From: an uncultured Candidatus Saccharibacteria bacterium
GTDB taxonomy: Bacteria; Patescibacteriota; Minisyncoccia; UBA6257; 2-01-FULL-56-20
Direction of reading: 5' to 3'
Length of the DNA stretch: 64,000 nucleotides
Assembly (NCBI GenBank): GCA_964456235.1
Contig: CAYWDX010000001.1
Location: 125,935 to 189,934, forward strand
Shown here one piece after another: positions 54,110 to 63,538 of the stretch (its first letter is position 1; every line of letters starts with the position of its first letter). A program made the translations under genes and the position numbers. The notes below the pieces were generated by a model. The model worked only from the letters and a program-made list of their open reading frames with translations, was not told where the DNA came from and searched no databases.

Positions 54110-54859
54110 ATGTTCGCCGAGCAAGATGCGCAAGCGCTCCTCGGCACCATCCCGTGGGCCGAGGGACGCGAGATACCCATCATCAAAGGTCCTTACCGCC
54201 ACACGCTGGTGATCCTGTGCTCAGAGCATGGACGGCAGGAGGCGACTTTCGCCGACGGCGAAAAACATCGCTACTTCGGCTTCATGCGATTGAGTAGCGG
54301 CATGAGCGTGGTGCCCGTGCTACCTGATGGGCGCCTTCTCATGATCGTCGAGCAACGTCCGGCCCAAGGAAGAGTGGCTGAACGGCCCCACATCGTCCAG
54401 CGGAAGCGGAGCTCGGGGGGTCCCCTGGACCTCAGGGCGGTTGGTCCCTACAGCTCCCTGGAATTCCCTGGCGGTGCAACCGACCCAGCGGATGCCACGA
54501 TCACGATTGGTGCCTTGCGGGAGCTGAAGGAGGAAACGGAAGCGATCGACCAGAAAGTGATCGTGTATCGGTCGCGCTACTCGTATTACTCCTTGGGCTC
54601 TGACGTCACCACACACAACACGACAGCGGTTGTCTTCCTCTCGACGGGACAGTACGCGAGTAAGGTGAAGACTGATGGCGGCCTCACCGTGCTCGCTCTA
54701 ACCCCCGAAGAGGTCCGCTGGAACATCAATGGCGGCGTCATCGTGAGTGCGCAAGCAGGCGTTCTGCCATGGCATATTTACCTGGAAGCCATGGCTGCCA
54801 GAGAAAGCACGATGGCGTGCTCCGAGTTCTTCGTCGTGGACGAGCTCGATCTCAAGTAG
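54110..54859 (+). CDS. NUDIX-like hydrolase (degenerate Nudix box) embedded in the glycan cluster
   Basis: LEFPGGATDPADATITIGALRELKEETEA approximates GX5EX7REUXEEXGU with substitutions; 249 aa. Confidence 0.45.
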   Translation: MFAEQDAQALLGTIPWAEGREIPIIKGPYRHTLVILCSEHGRQEATFADGEKHRYFGFMRLSSGMSVVPVLPDGRLLMIVEQRPAQGRVAERPHIVQRKRSSGGPLDLRAVGPYSSLEFPGGATDPADATITIGALRELKEETEAIDQKVIVYRSRYSYYSLGSDVTTHNTTAVVFLSTGQYASKVKTDGGLTVLALTPEEVRWNINGGVIVSAQAGVLPWHIYLEAMAARESTMACSEFFVVDELDLK

Positions 54860-54881
54860 TCGGGTGCGCGAACGCAACCGC

Positions 54882-54917
54882 GCGCGGAGAGAATTTCTCT
54901 CCGCGCTTTTTATTTTT
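54882..54917 (+). terminator. rho-independent terminator after the NUDIX-like gene
   Basis: GCGCGGAGAGA-ATTT-CTCTCCGCGC stem-loop followed by TTTTTATTTTT. Confidence 0.7.
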
Positions 54918-54956
54918 GACACCTCGGTTGTCTTTCGCTACACTTGAGAGACTGTT

Positions 54957-56231
54957 ATGAATTATCCCTCCCATCATTCTTTGAAAACCGGGCACGTTGC
55001 CAATTGCCAGATCTGTAATTCAGAAAAATTACACACGGTCCTCGACCTTGGCCACCAGCCGCTCTGCGCCGCCATGCTCACGAAGGAAGAGCTGAATCAG
55101 CCGGAGACGAGCTATCCCCTGCGCATGATCTGGTGCGAGAATTGCAACGGCGTGCAGATCGATTATTGCGTTGATCGGGCAAAAGTGTTCAATCCGGACT
55201 ATCCCTACAAGAGCGGCGTCACGAAGGAACTCGTTGAATATCAGGCAAAAATTGCGGAGGGGCTGATCAAAAAACTAAATCTTAAGCCCGGCGATCTCGT
55301 TGTGGATGTGGGCTCAAACGATGGCACACTCCTCGCCGGCTTCAACGGAACGGGCGTGAAGACACTCGGCGTAGAGCCCACAAACATTGCACGGTTCGCG
55401 CGTGAAGCGGGCATCGACACCATCCAAGCTTTCTTTGATACAAAGGTTGCGGATGAGATCAAAAAGAAATATGGCTCGGCGGCGGTCGTCACGACCACGA
55501 ACACCTTTGCGCACGTGCAAGAACTCGGCGAGTTCATCATGGGCGCCTACAACTTACTAAAAGATGGTGGCCACCTCGTTTCCGAAACCCACTATCTTCT
55601 CGACGTCATCCAGGGTGGGCAGTTTGATACGATTTACCACGAGCATTTGCGCACATATTCCCTCACCTCCCTCGTTGCATTGTTCAATCAATACGATTTC
55701 ACCGTAGTTGATGTCGAACGCGGCAGCCGCTACGGCGGGAACATCCGTGTTTACGTCGCGAAGGGCAAGGGAAAGACGCCGGGCCCCGAAGTTGAGAAAT
55801 TACTAAAACTGGAGCGCGACTTTGGTTTGGATAAATTAAAAACCTATGAAGTTTTTGCCGATCGCGTGAAAAAAGCCCGGACCCATTTCATGGATTTCCT
55901 GATCAAAATGAAAAAAGATGGGAAGCGGGTCGTTGGTAATTCGTGCCCGGGCCGCTGCTCCACGCTTTTAAATTATTATGGCGCCGATACCGAGCTCATC
56001 CCCTACCTCGCCGAACAACCGGCATCTTTGAAGCTCAATATGTTTTTACCGGGCAAGCATCTGCCCGTGTATGACAATAAAATTCTTATCGAAGAGCAGC
56101 CGGATTATGTGATCTTGATGGCATGGCACTACGCGAAACCGATCATGGAACAGCTCAAAGCGCGCGGGCTCAAGTCCGACTTCATCGTGCCGCTCCCCGA
56201 CTTCACCATCGTTAAGAACTCTGAGGTTTAA
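54957..56231 (+). CDS. SAM-dependent sugar C-methyltransferase (TylC3/NovU-like: N-terminal Zn-ribbon + class I MTase + C-methyltransferase C-terminal domain)
   Basis: CQICNS...WCENCNG 4-Cys motif; SAM motif VVDVGSNDGTLL; overall 424-aa organisation typical of NDP-hexose 3-C-methyltransferases. Confidence 0.65.
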   Translation: MNYPSHHSLKTGHVANCQICNSEKLHTVLDLGHQPLCAAMLTKEELNQPETSYPLRMIWCENCNGVQIDYCVDRAKVFNPDYPYKSGVTKELVEYQAKIAEGLIKKLNLKPGDLVVDVGSNDGTLLAGFNGTGVKTLGVEPTNIARFAREAGIDTIQAFFDTKVADEIKKKYGSAAVVTTTNTFAHVQELGEFIMGAYNLLKDGGHLVSETHYLLDVIQGGQFDTIYHEHLRTYSLTSLVALFNQYDFTVVDVERGSRYGGNIRVYVAKGKGKTPGPEVEKLLKLERDFGLDKLKTYEVFADRVKKARTHFMDFLIKMKKDGKRVVGNSCPGRCSTLLNYYGADTELIPYLAEQPASLKLNMFLPGKHLPVYDNKILIEEQPDYVILMAWHYAKPIMEQLKARGLKSDFIVPLPDFTIVKNSEV

Positions 56232-57269
56232 TTGCTCAATAAGATGCTTAAGGTTGGCATCGTTGGATCGGGGTTCGGCCTCTATGGCCTCCTCCCGGCT
56301 TTTCGCGGCGTGAATGGGTGTCGCGTCGTGAGCATCGCCGGCAAAAATACTCCGCGCCTCCTCGACTACTGCGCAAGTATTGGCCTTCAAAATATTTATA
56401 CGGACTGGCGTTTGATGCTTGCGCATGAAAACTTGGACGCCGTTGCGATTGCCGTTGTCCCGGCGACCCAATACACGGTCGCGAAAACCGCGATTAAAAA
56501 GGGCTTGCACGTGTTTGCAGAAAAACCGCTCGCGGTCAATTCAAGGCAGGCGAAAGAACTTCTTACGCTCGCCAAAAAACATCGCGTCGCGCACGGGATG
56601 GATTTTATTTTCCCCGAAATCCCCGCCTGGCAAGAAGTTAAAAAAAAATTAAAAGAGAATCGCTACGGCAAGCTAAAATATATTTCTTCAAACTGGGATT
56701 TTCTCAGTTACGACATTAAAAATAAATTAAAAGGATGGAAAACGGACGCATCTGCCGGCGGCGGCGCACTTTCATTTTATTTTTCCCACGTGCTTTATTA
56801 TTTGGAATATTTTACTGGTCCGATCGTCGGGCTCGCGAGTCAGCTCACTTACTCACGGGCAAGCCGGAATGGCGGCGACACCGGCGTGGATGTTATTGTA
56901 CGCTTCAAAAAAGGTGCCCATGGCTACGCTCACCTTTCTTGCAACGCCCCCGACATGAATCAGCATGAGATACTTCTGGTTTTCGAAAAGGCGGCGATCG
57001 TCCTTTCGAGCGAGAATGGGAGCGTGGTGAATTTCTCCCTGACCATCCACCAGAATGGCAAAATAAAAAAATGGCGGCCGGCAAAAATCGCCAGAACGGC
57101 TCGCGCCAAGCAAGGAATCAAGAATGGTGAAGATGAGCGGGTGGCCGTGGTCCGACGGTTGGCTGAACGGTTTATAAAAGCTTGCCGCGGCGGACGGGCG
57201 ATGGTCCCCTCATTTGCCGATGGTGTGCGGGTCCAGGAATTGATCGAGATGATCAGGCGGCAGCAATAA
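56232..57269 (+). CDS. Gfo/Idh/MocA-family NAD(P)-dependent oxidoreductase (sugar dehydrogenase/ketoreductase)
   Basis: LKVGIVGSGFG Rossmann N-terminus, AEKPLA motif; start is 1 nt after the C-methyltransferase stop. Confidence 0.88.
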   Translation: MLNKMLKVGIVGSGFGLYGLLPAFRGVNGCRVVSIAGKNTPRLLDYCASIGLQNIYTDWRLMLAHENLDAVAIAVVPATQYTVAKTAIKKGLHVFAEKPLAVNSRQAKELLTLAKKHRVAHGMDFIFPEIPAWQEVKKKLKENRYGKLKYISSNWDFLSYDIKNKLKGWKTDASAGGGALSFYFSHVLYYLEYFTGPIVGLASQLTYSRASRNGGDTGVDVIVRFKKGAHGYAHLSCNAPDMNQHEILLVFEKAAIVLSSENGSVVNFSLTIHQNGKIKKWRPAKIARTARAKQGIKNGEDERVAVVRRLAERFIKACRGGRAMVPSFADGVRVQELIEMIRRQQ

Positions 57270-58092
57270 GCTTTTCCATCCACTCTTTTTTTGCTTCAAG
57301 CGCAACCGCCGGCGCTCCCGCGCCCGATGACCCTTCAAAGTGGACAAAGTCGCCGCACTTACGCACCGGCACGCCCGGTGCAATTTCAATAAGCGGTGAG
57401 TCGTAGAAATCAATGAGATCCGGGATGGCCGTCGTGATTTTTTCATCGAGTGGGATGCGGCCGCCGGTGTCAACGCCAAAGTCCGGCAAAAAGTTGATCA
57501 TCTTTCCTTTGAAACGCTCGGTGCGGAAAAATAGCAAGCCAACCCACAAATACACCGGGTAGTGCCACGGCGTGAGGCGCGGTTTCAACTTGATAGAAAT
57601 TCCCCATGCCTCGCTCTTCGCCAAATAATCCGAAGCCTTGACCGGCTTCGTCGGGAACAAGTCGTAGTCCCAAAAACCGAACGCCCAAGGCTTAAATCGC
57701 AGCACGATGTTGCGATAGGCCCAGTTCAGCGACATGCCGTGCGCCGTTCCAGCGTCGCGTTGTTTATTGCCAATATTCTCGCTCAAGCGGGCGTAATTGA
57801 AATTATTTTCGAGACAATATTTTTTGATTTCCTGTGATTTTTCCTCGTTGTTGGAATTATCGACGACAAAATAGTTGTAGGGATCTTTAAAAAATTTATT
57901 GAGTGCTTTCACTTGGAGCCTCACCAGACTCAAATCGTTAAACGCAACGGTAATTACTGCCATCTTTTTCGGATCAATATTATGGAACGACTCGAAAAGC
58001 GACACCCGGCGGACAAAGCCATAATTAATGAAGGGCAAAATAAAAAAACGCCAGGCCTTCCTGCGCCACCGTGCGAAAAAAGTTTTCGGCAT
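57253..58092 (-). CDS. hypothetical protein, possibly GT-A-fold glycosyltransferase-like
   Basis: MAVITVAFNDLSLVRLQVKALNKFF...YFVVDNSNN resembles the N-terminus of GT2-like nucleotide-sugar transferases; likely real start at the internal Met. Confidence 0.5.
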   Translation of the reverse strand: MPKTFFARWRRKAWRFFILPFINYGFVRRVSLFESFHNIDPKKMAVITVAFNDLSLVRLQVKALNKFFKDPYNYFVVDNSNNEEKSQEIKKYCLENNFNYARLSENIGNKQRDAGTAHGMSLNWAYRNIVLRFKPWAFGFWDYDLFPTKPVKASDYLAKSEAWGISIKLKPRLTPWHYPVYLWVGLLFFRTERFKGKMINFLPDFGVDTGGRIPLDEKITTAIPDLIDFYDSPLIEIAPGVPVRKCGDFVHFEGSSGAGAPAVALEAKKEWMEKLIAAA

Positions 58093-58173
58093 AATTCACT
58101 TATTATATTGATTTTTTTTGAAAAGAAAAGGCCCGCGGAAATTTTCCGCGGGCCGAAATCTGAAACTGTCGCA

Positions 58174-58887
58174 TCAGGCCGGAGTGCCGATCCGGATGTC
58201 GGTCAGGCCCTGGTACTTGCCGGCCGCGACATCCGCAAGCCCCTTGGCTTCGTTCTCGAGCCGCTTCTTGCCATCGGCAGAGTCGTACGCCGCGTCGATC
58301 GCGGAGTCGTACTTCCCGGGTTCGTGGTGGCGCAGGACCTCTTCCGCCGAGATGAAGTCGATCGCGCACCTCACCTGGGGATTCACCCGCAGCACGGCCT
58401 CGTAGAGCGCTTTCACCCGAGGCGCGTGATACTCATTCGTGAGAATGGCGATGTACTTCCACCCTTCACCATGAACGATCGTGAGCACCTCGGTGATGTT
58501 GGTGAGCGAGCTCGTGGAGCGATCCTCATGGATCACCTCAACCTCGGCGTCGTCGCCGACGAGCTCGGAGAACATCTTCCCGTAGACGAACGCCTCCGTT
58601 GGAATGTCCTCGCCGAACATCTTCACCTGATGAGGCGCCTTGCCCGTCGTGAAGACGAACTCGTCCGCCTCCCCGGCCTTGAACAAGGCCGCGGCGGCGA
58701 AGACGCGCATATCCCCGCCCATCATGCCGAATTGGTCACCGTGCGCATAATCGGTAGGCTTGAACTCGTCGCCGACCTTCATGAGGCCGCCGCCGAGAAC
58801 CACCACCGCATCATATTTCAATGGGAAACTCCTCTCTCTCCTCCTGCGAAGTTTAAGCCGTAAAACTACTGGCGGCATTATATTCAA
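58174..58887 (-). CDS. DUF218 (YdcF/SanA/ElyC-family) protein
   Basis: YDAVVVLGGGL motif and overall DUF218 pattern. Confidence 0.65.
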   Translation of the reverse strand: MNIMPPVVLRLKLRRRRERSFPLKYDAVVVLGGGLMKVGDEFKPTDYAHGDQFGMMGGDMRVFAAAALFKAGEADEFVFTTGKAPHQVKMFGEDIPTEAFVYGKMFSELVGDDAEVEVIHEDRSTSSLTNITEVLTIVHGEGWKYIAILTNEYHAPRVKALYEAVLRVNPQVRCAIDFISAEEVLRHHEPGKYDSAIDAAYDSADGKKRLENEAKGLADVAAGKYQGLTDIRIGTPA

Positions 58888-58936
58888 GAACTATAAAAAT
58901 GTCAATGGCCTGTCATTGCGACAGGCCATTTTATTT

Positions 58937-59998
58937 TTACGAAAGATACGACTTCTCTTCCGCCGGCGTGAGATCTGGGTCGAGCACGTCGAACTTCCCT
59001 TTGGCAAAGTGGATGTACTCGCGGACGATGTCGTCGAGCGCATATTTTGGCGACCACCCTATTTCTGCCGAAATGCGTTCGATATCGGGAATTTTATTCC
59101 ACGCCTCCTCGTAAAGCGGGCCGTACAATTTTTTAGGATCGGTTTCGCGGATTTCACTCTTTGATTCGCAAAGGGCCACGATTTTGTGCGCGAGATCTTT
59201 AATAGAAAGAATGTTCGCCGGATTGCCCACGTTGTAGATGCGCCCGTCGACGCCGGAATTCATGATCATAACGAATGCATCGACAATGTCTTGTACGTGA
59301 GTGAACGTGCGCTTCTGTGATCCATCGCCGAACACCGTGAGCGGTTCGTTCTTTAACGCTGCGTCCACAAAACGCGGCACCACAAAGCCCGATTCACCAT
59401 TCTGGTTGGGGCCAATGATATTAAACGGACGGACGAAGTTCACATGGAGCGGCTGCACTTTGGCGAGATTTAAGAGTGCGATCTCGGTCATCAATTTCCC
59501 CACGCCATATTCGAGACGCACCGTAACATTCGCCGGAACCACTTTCGGAATATCTTCGTGCTGGCCAAGACCGCCTTCTGGATGCTTGCCGTACACCTCG
59601 GATGTCGAAACCATGAGCAGTTTTGCGTTGTCGCGGAGCGCGAGGTCGGCCATTTTCACCGCATCATTCAGGATGATAAGCCCCATCCGCCCGGCATATT
59701 TTAAAACGCCGGCTGGCCCCACGGGGCTCGCAAGGTGGTAGATTTGGTCATATTTCGTGCCCGACTGCGGCTTATAATCATCAACGGTTGCCTTGATGAA
59801 GCGGATATTGTTCTTCTTGAAAAAATTGAGGCGGCGTTCAGGCACCGAAGAACTCGAAAGGTCGTCCACGATGTCCATCGTCCCAAATTTTTTTTGTCGG
59901 ACGAGCTCGTTCACTAAATGGGTGCCGATAAACCCGGTGCCACCCGTGACGAGGACGCGCGGCTTCGATTTATGTTCGGTCGGAGACATTCCCGTCAA
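58937..59998 (-). CDS. NAD-dependent epimerase/dehydratase; UDP-glucuronate decarboxylase (UXS)-like
   Basis: VLVTGGTGFIGTHLV; catalytic YGVGK (YxxxK); adjacent to the UGDH-family gene. Confidence 0.8.
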   Translation of the reverse strand: MTGMSPTEHKSKPRVLVTGGTGFIGTHLVNELVRQKKFGTMDIVDDLSSSSVPERRLNFFKKNNIRFIKATVDDYKPQSGTKYDQIYHLASPVGPAGVLKYAGRMGLIILNDAVKMADLALRDNAKLLMVSTSEVYGKHPEGGLGQHEDIPKVVPANVTVRLEYGVGKLMTEIALLNLAKVQPLHVNFVRPFNIIGPNQNGESGFVVPRFVDAALKNEPLTVFGDGSQKRTFTHVQDIVDAFVMIMNSGVDGRIYNVGNPANILSIKDLAHKIVALCESKSEIRETDPKKLYGPLYEEAWNKIPDIERISAEIGWSPKYALDDIVREYIHFAKGKFDVLDPDLTPAEEKSYLS

Positions 59999-60770
59999 TA
60001 TAATTCTTATTGAGTTTTTTTACAAGAGCGAGCAGCTCGAGCGGTGACTTATTTTTCGCAGCATCATCAATGAGCGCGCTGGTATCTTTTGGGAGACACG
60101 CTCCTCCAAATCCGCGGTACCCATCATGAAAGATATTAAGGTGAATTTCGCCGCCCATCCGTGGTGCAAACTTTACAATATTTTTTACGGTCTCGTAATC
60201 AATCCCTTTCGCATGGCAGTAATCATACATTTGATTGGCGAACGTATTCTTGGTGGCCATGAAACTGTTCAATACATACTTCACCATTTCCGATTCGTTT
60301 GCATCGCAAATCACCGCGCGCGCCGCCGGCGGTAACATCTTCATCACTTCGTCGGCGCGGCTTTTTGATACTAGGGTTATTCCCAGTACCTGGATGTCAG
60401 GTGATGCGAAATCTTTTGCTGCCGTTTTGGAATCCAAAAATTCAGGATTATGGAAAAGGACCACGTCCGGACGCTCTTTTTGGAATTTTTCTGTAGTGCC
60501 GGGAATGACCGTAGATTTTATGATCGTAATTTTCCCTTTCGGAAGCGCCTTGATGATCTCGCCAAGCGCCGAGGCATCCTGGGCACCATCATCTTTCGTT
60601 GGGGTCGGCAGACAAAGGAACAAATAATCCGCCCTCACCACCTCATCAAAACTGCCAATATCCTTGTATTTATCGAATAAAAAAAGTTGCTGGCCTTCTT
60701 GTGCTTTGTAGTAGGCCGCAACCGCATTCCCTACGACGCCAACGCCGATAATACCGATCGATGGTTTCAT
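59970..60770 (-). CDS. UDP-glucose/GDP-mannose dehydrogenase-family protein (short, 266 aa)
   Basis: GIIGVGVVGNAVA NAD-binding motif; catalytic GGACLPKD motif; lacks the usual C-terminal UDP-binding domain. Confidence 0.7.
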   Translation of the reverse strand: MKPSIGIIGVGVVGNAVAAYYKAQEGQQLFLFDKYKDIGSFDEVVRADYLFLCLPTPTKDDGAQDASALGEIIKALPKGKITIIKSTVIPGTTEKFQKERPDVVLFHNPEFLDSKTAAKDFASPDIQVLGITLVSKSRADEVMKMLPPAARAVICDANESEMVKYVLNSFMATKNTFANQMYDYCHAKGIDYETVKNIVKFAPRMGGEIHLNIFHDGYRGFGGACLPKDTSALIDDAAKNKSPLELLALVKKLNKNYIDGNVSDRT

Positions 60771-60788
60771 TGACCAAGAAATAATAGC

Positions 60789-61829
60789 TCACTCTCGCAC
60801 GAGGGACAAGAACAACCCCTCATATTTTTTCGCAGCCACATCCCACGTGTGGCCTTCCGCCTCCCGGCGGGCCGCCGCGGAAAACGTGCGGCGCAAATGT
60901 TCATCACTTAATAATTTTTTAATGATCGCGACGAACGCATCGATTTCTTTTTCATCTTGAGGGACGAGAAACCCCGATTCGCCATCTTTCAAGAATTCAA
61001 CGCTTCCCCCGCTCTTCGACATCACGGGCACCGCGCCCGATGCCATCGATTCCAGAATGCAAAGCGCCGCCGGCTCGCGCAGGCTGGGGAACACGAAGAT
61101 TTCGCTTGAGGCGAGGCAAATCGCCATATCTTCCCGCGACATGAGCGGAATCGATTGGAAATTCGGGATGTCCTGCGCGCGCGTGAGAAAATCACCCTCG
61201 AGCTCTGGCAGCGGCCGCCCCACGGCGAGGAACGTGGCGTCCGGGAGCCGGCGGGCAATTTCGATGAACACGTCGGGCCGTTTGCGGCCCTGGAGCGCGC
61301 CGACAAACGTGACGATCGGTTTTGAAATATTGACGCCGAATTTTTCTGCGAGATGCGGCACGTTGCGCTTCGAGGGATGGAAGAAATTCGGATCAATCCC
61401 GTTCAGCACGAATTCAACACGCGTTTTTGGGAAAAACTTTTTGATCGTTCCCGCGGAAAACGCGGAAGGCGCGATCACCATGTCGGCCTGTGAAAAAATA
61501 AATTTGCGCAGGAACCACGGCATCCGCACGCGCCAGTGCGGCTCGCTTTTTTTGAGCATGATGCTTTGATAATGGAGCGCGTATTTGGTTTTTTTCGGCC
61601 GGCCGAAAACGCCGAGCATTTCTTCTGGCCGCCCGACCCCAAACAGTATTTCGTACTTGCCCGATCGACCATCCCATAAGGTGGGGCCGCTTCCGACCCA
61701 CTCATCGGAAAATGGCGGCGATGGGAGGCGCCCGAACACGTTGGCCATCGTGGTCTCTACGGAATCATAGGGACGCCCATTGCGGGGCTTGAGCGAAAGG
61801 ATGGCGATTTTTTGATTTTTTTGGTCCAT
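60789..61829 (-). CDS. family-4 glycosyltransferase (GT-B, glycos_transf_1)
   Basis: C-terminal VFPSLREPAALCILESMASGAVPVMSKSGGSVEFLKDGESGFLV (EX7E motif). Confidence 0.88.
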   Translation of the reverse strand: MDQKNQKIAILSLKPRNGRPYDSVETTMANVFGRLPSPPFSDEWVGSGPTLWDGRSGKYEILFGVGRPEEMLGVFGRPKKTKYALHYQSIMLKKSEPHWRVRMPWFLRKFIFSQADMVIAPSAFSAGTIKKFFPKTRVEFVLNGIDPNFFHPSKRNVPHLAEKFGVNISKPIVTFVGALQGRKRPDVFIEIARRLPDATFLAVGRPLPELEGDFLTRAQDIPNFQSIPLMSREDMAICLASSEIFVFPSLREPAALCILESMASGAVPVMSKSGGSVEFLKDGESGFLVPQDEKEIDAFVAIIKKLLSDEHLRRTFSAAARREAEGHTWDVAAKKYEGLFLSLVRE

Positions 61830-61850
61830 ACGCGATGGCGATAGAGTTGA

Positions 61851-62756
61851 TTATAGGCGGACCCACTCCGGCGGGAAAGCGTCCGTGTCATCAAAGGAAT
61901 TATTGTGGAACATGTCTTTGGTTGCTATCACGATCTTCCCAGGATTTTTCGACAGCCATGCGCCCCACCACGAGAAGGTGCTATTCGGTAATATAAAATG
62001 CTGACACAAGCTCATTAAGTGCAAATCTTCATCATCGGCGAACGGCGCGTGGCCTTCCGCAATGAAAAAATGTTTCGGTTTGATTTTTAAATTTGCGCGG
62101 CACCATTCCACCTCATCGGAAAAAACAAAAACGGTGATGTCGTTGCCGACTCTCTTCTCTATATATTCGATCGCCCGGTCGTAATAGGTCTGTCCAACGA
62201 CGACGTGCAAGCTGCTCGGGATGATCCCCCACACGCGGTCGCCGCGGCGCACGTGGAGCGCGACCGCTTTTGATGCCGTGATCCGTTTGGCCATTTCGGC
62301 TGCGGGGCCCATGAGCGGGCGGCGGAATGTGAAATCTTTTCGGATGGCCGCCTCCTGGTCTTTAAAATATTTTTCCGATATCCACCCGCCGTGCAGGTAT
62401 ACATCGCCGCGCAGCGCGGCGACTTCGGGGATGAAGCCATAGGTTTTCGTGTCTTTCACCATCTTGAAACGGCCGAGCGACGCGAGCATGGGGCCGTAGA
62501 GTTTTCCGACGATCGCGGGGAGATAGGGGATTTTGACGGCATTAAAAAATTTTGCGGCGGGCGTCAAAGGAAAATTGCCAGCAAAATATTTATCTAAAAT
62601 ATAATGGCGTTTTGCAGCACCCGGGCGGGACATCGGGTCAAGGAGCTCGAGAGGGTCGAGCCGGAGCTTGGTCCCCTGACGCAGCGAAAGGGCGCGCCCC
62701 GCGGCATATTGAAACATTTGATTCCCAACTCCACCGCCAAGCGCAACCGTGACCAT
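61851..62756 (-). CDS. family-11 glycosyltransferase (alpha-1,2-fucosyltransferase-like)
   Basis: N-terminal GGGVGNQMFQYAAGRAL; HVRRGDRV motif; C-terminal ...NSTFSWWGAWL. Confidence 0.8.
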   Translation of the reverse strand: MVTVALGGGVGNQMFQYAAGRALSLRQGTKLRLDPLELLDPMSRPGAAKRHYILDKYFAGNFPLTPAAKFFNAVKIPYLPAIVGKLYGPMLASLGRFKMVKDTKTYGFIPEVAALRGDVYLHGGWISEKYFKDQEAAIRKDFTFRRPLMGPAAEMAKRITASKAVALHVRRGDRVWGIIPSSLHVVVGQTYYDRAIEYIEKRVGNDITVFVFSDEVEWCRANLKIKPKHFFIAEGHAPFADDEDLHLMSLCQHFILPNSTFSWWGAWLSKNPGKIVIATKDMFHNNSFDDTDAFPPEWVRL

Positions 62757-62763
62757 AGGAAAG

Positions 62764-63444
62764 CTATTTCCGTTCCCAATTCTCCCAAATAAAGTGGTAC
62801 CCCCAGGTCATCCGATGGGTTGCCGTGAGATTCCGATGGATTTCTTCCATCCGGGCGTCGGCATTCGGATAAAACTCGTGGAACTGCACCTGAAAATCTT
62901 TTACCCTTTTGAGCCAACCGGTTTTCATGAGATGGGGCAGTAATTCGTATTCACCTCCTTCAATATTAATTTTCAGGAGATCAATTTCGCGGATGCCGAG
63001 CTCATCCATCGCCGCACCAAATTCCCGCATTTTGATTTCCATGTTGGGGTTGCCGCGGAAAAAACTGGAAGCTGCTTCGTCGAGGTGAATCCGCCGGGTT
63101 TCATTTTTATCGCCCAGCCCATATTCGAACGTTTTGATGTGCGAATTTTTCTTGAAGCGGTTTTTGGTGCTCTCCGCGTAATCGTGCACGGGTTCAAAGA
63201 CGTAAACGCGGCAAAGATATTTTGCAAAAATGTCGCTCGCGAAATCACCCTTATAGCCACCGAGATCGACCACCACCGAGTGCTCGTTCAAAAAATCGTA
63301 ATCGATGCGGACGCCGGTATCGCCCCCCGCATCGGCAAATTTCTTTTGCGCTTTTTCGATGGGGCTATAGATAAACCGGTCCCGGATCCATTTCCCGCCG
63401 GCCAGCAAGGTCCGGCGCACTTTGTATTTACGGTTTTCGGTCAT
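62764..63444 (-). CDS. FkbM-family SAM-dependent methyltransferase
   Basis: VVVDLGGYKGDFA SAM motif I; IDLLKINIEGGEYELL pattern characteristic of Methyltransf_21/FkbM. Confidence 0.8.
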   Translation of the reverse strand: MTENRKYKVRRTLLAGGKWIRDRFIYSPIEKAQKKFADAGGDTGVRIDYDFLNEHSVVVDLGGYKGDFASDIFAKYLCRVYVFEPVHDYAESTKNRFKKNSHIKTFEYGLGDKNETRRIHLDEAASSFFRGNPNMEIKMREFGAAMDELGIREIDLLKINIEGGEYELLPHLMKTGWLKRVKDFQVQFHEFYPNADARMEEIHRNLTATHRMTWGYHFIWENWERK

Positions 63445-63538
63445 GCGAATAGAAGTTGAGTAATACTCAATACGATAATAATAGGCTTATAATACGCTGC
63501 TTGCGCGACCGCTTCAACCCTTGGTGTAACTTGAGCGA

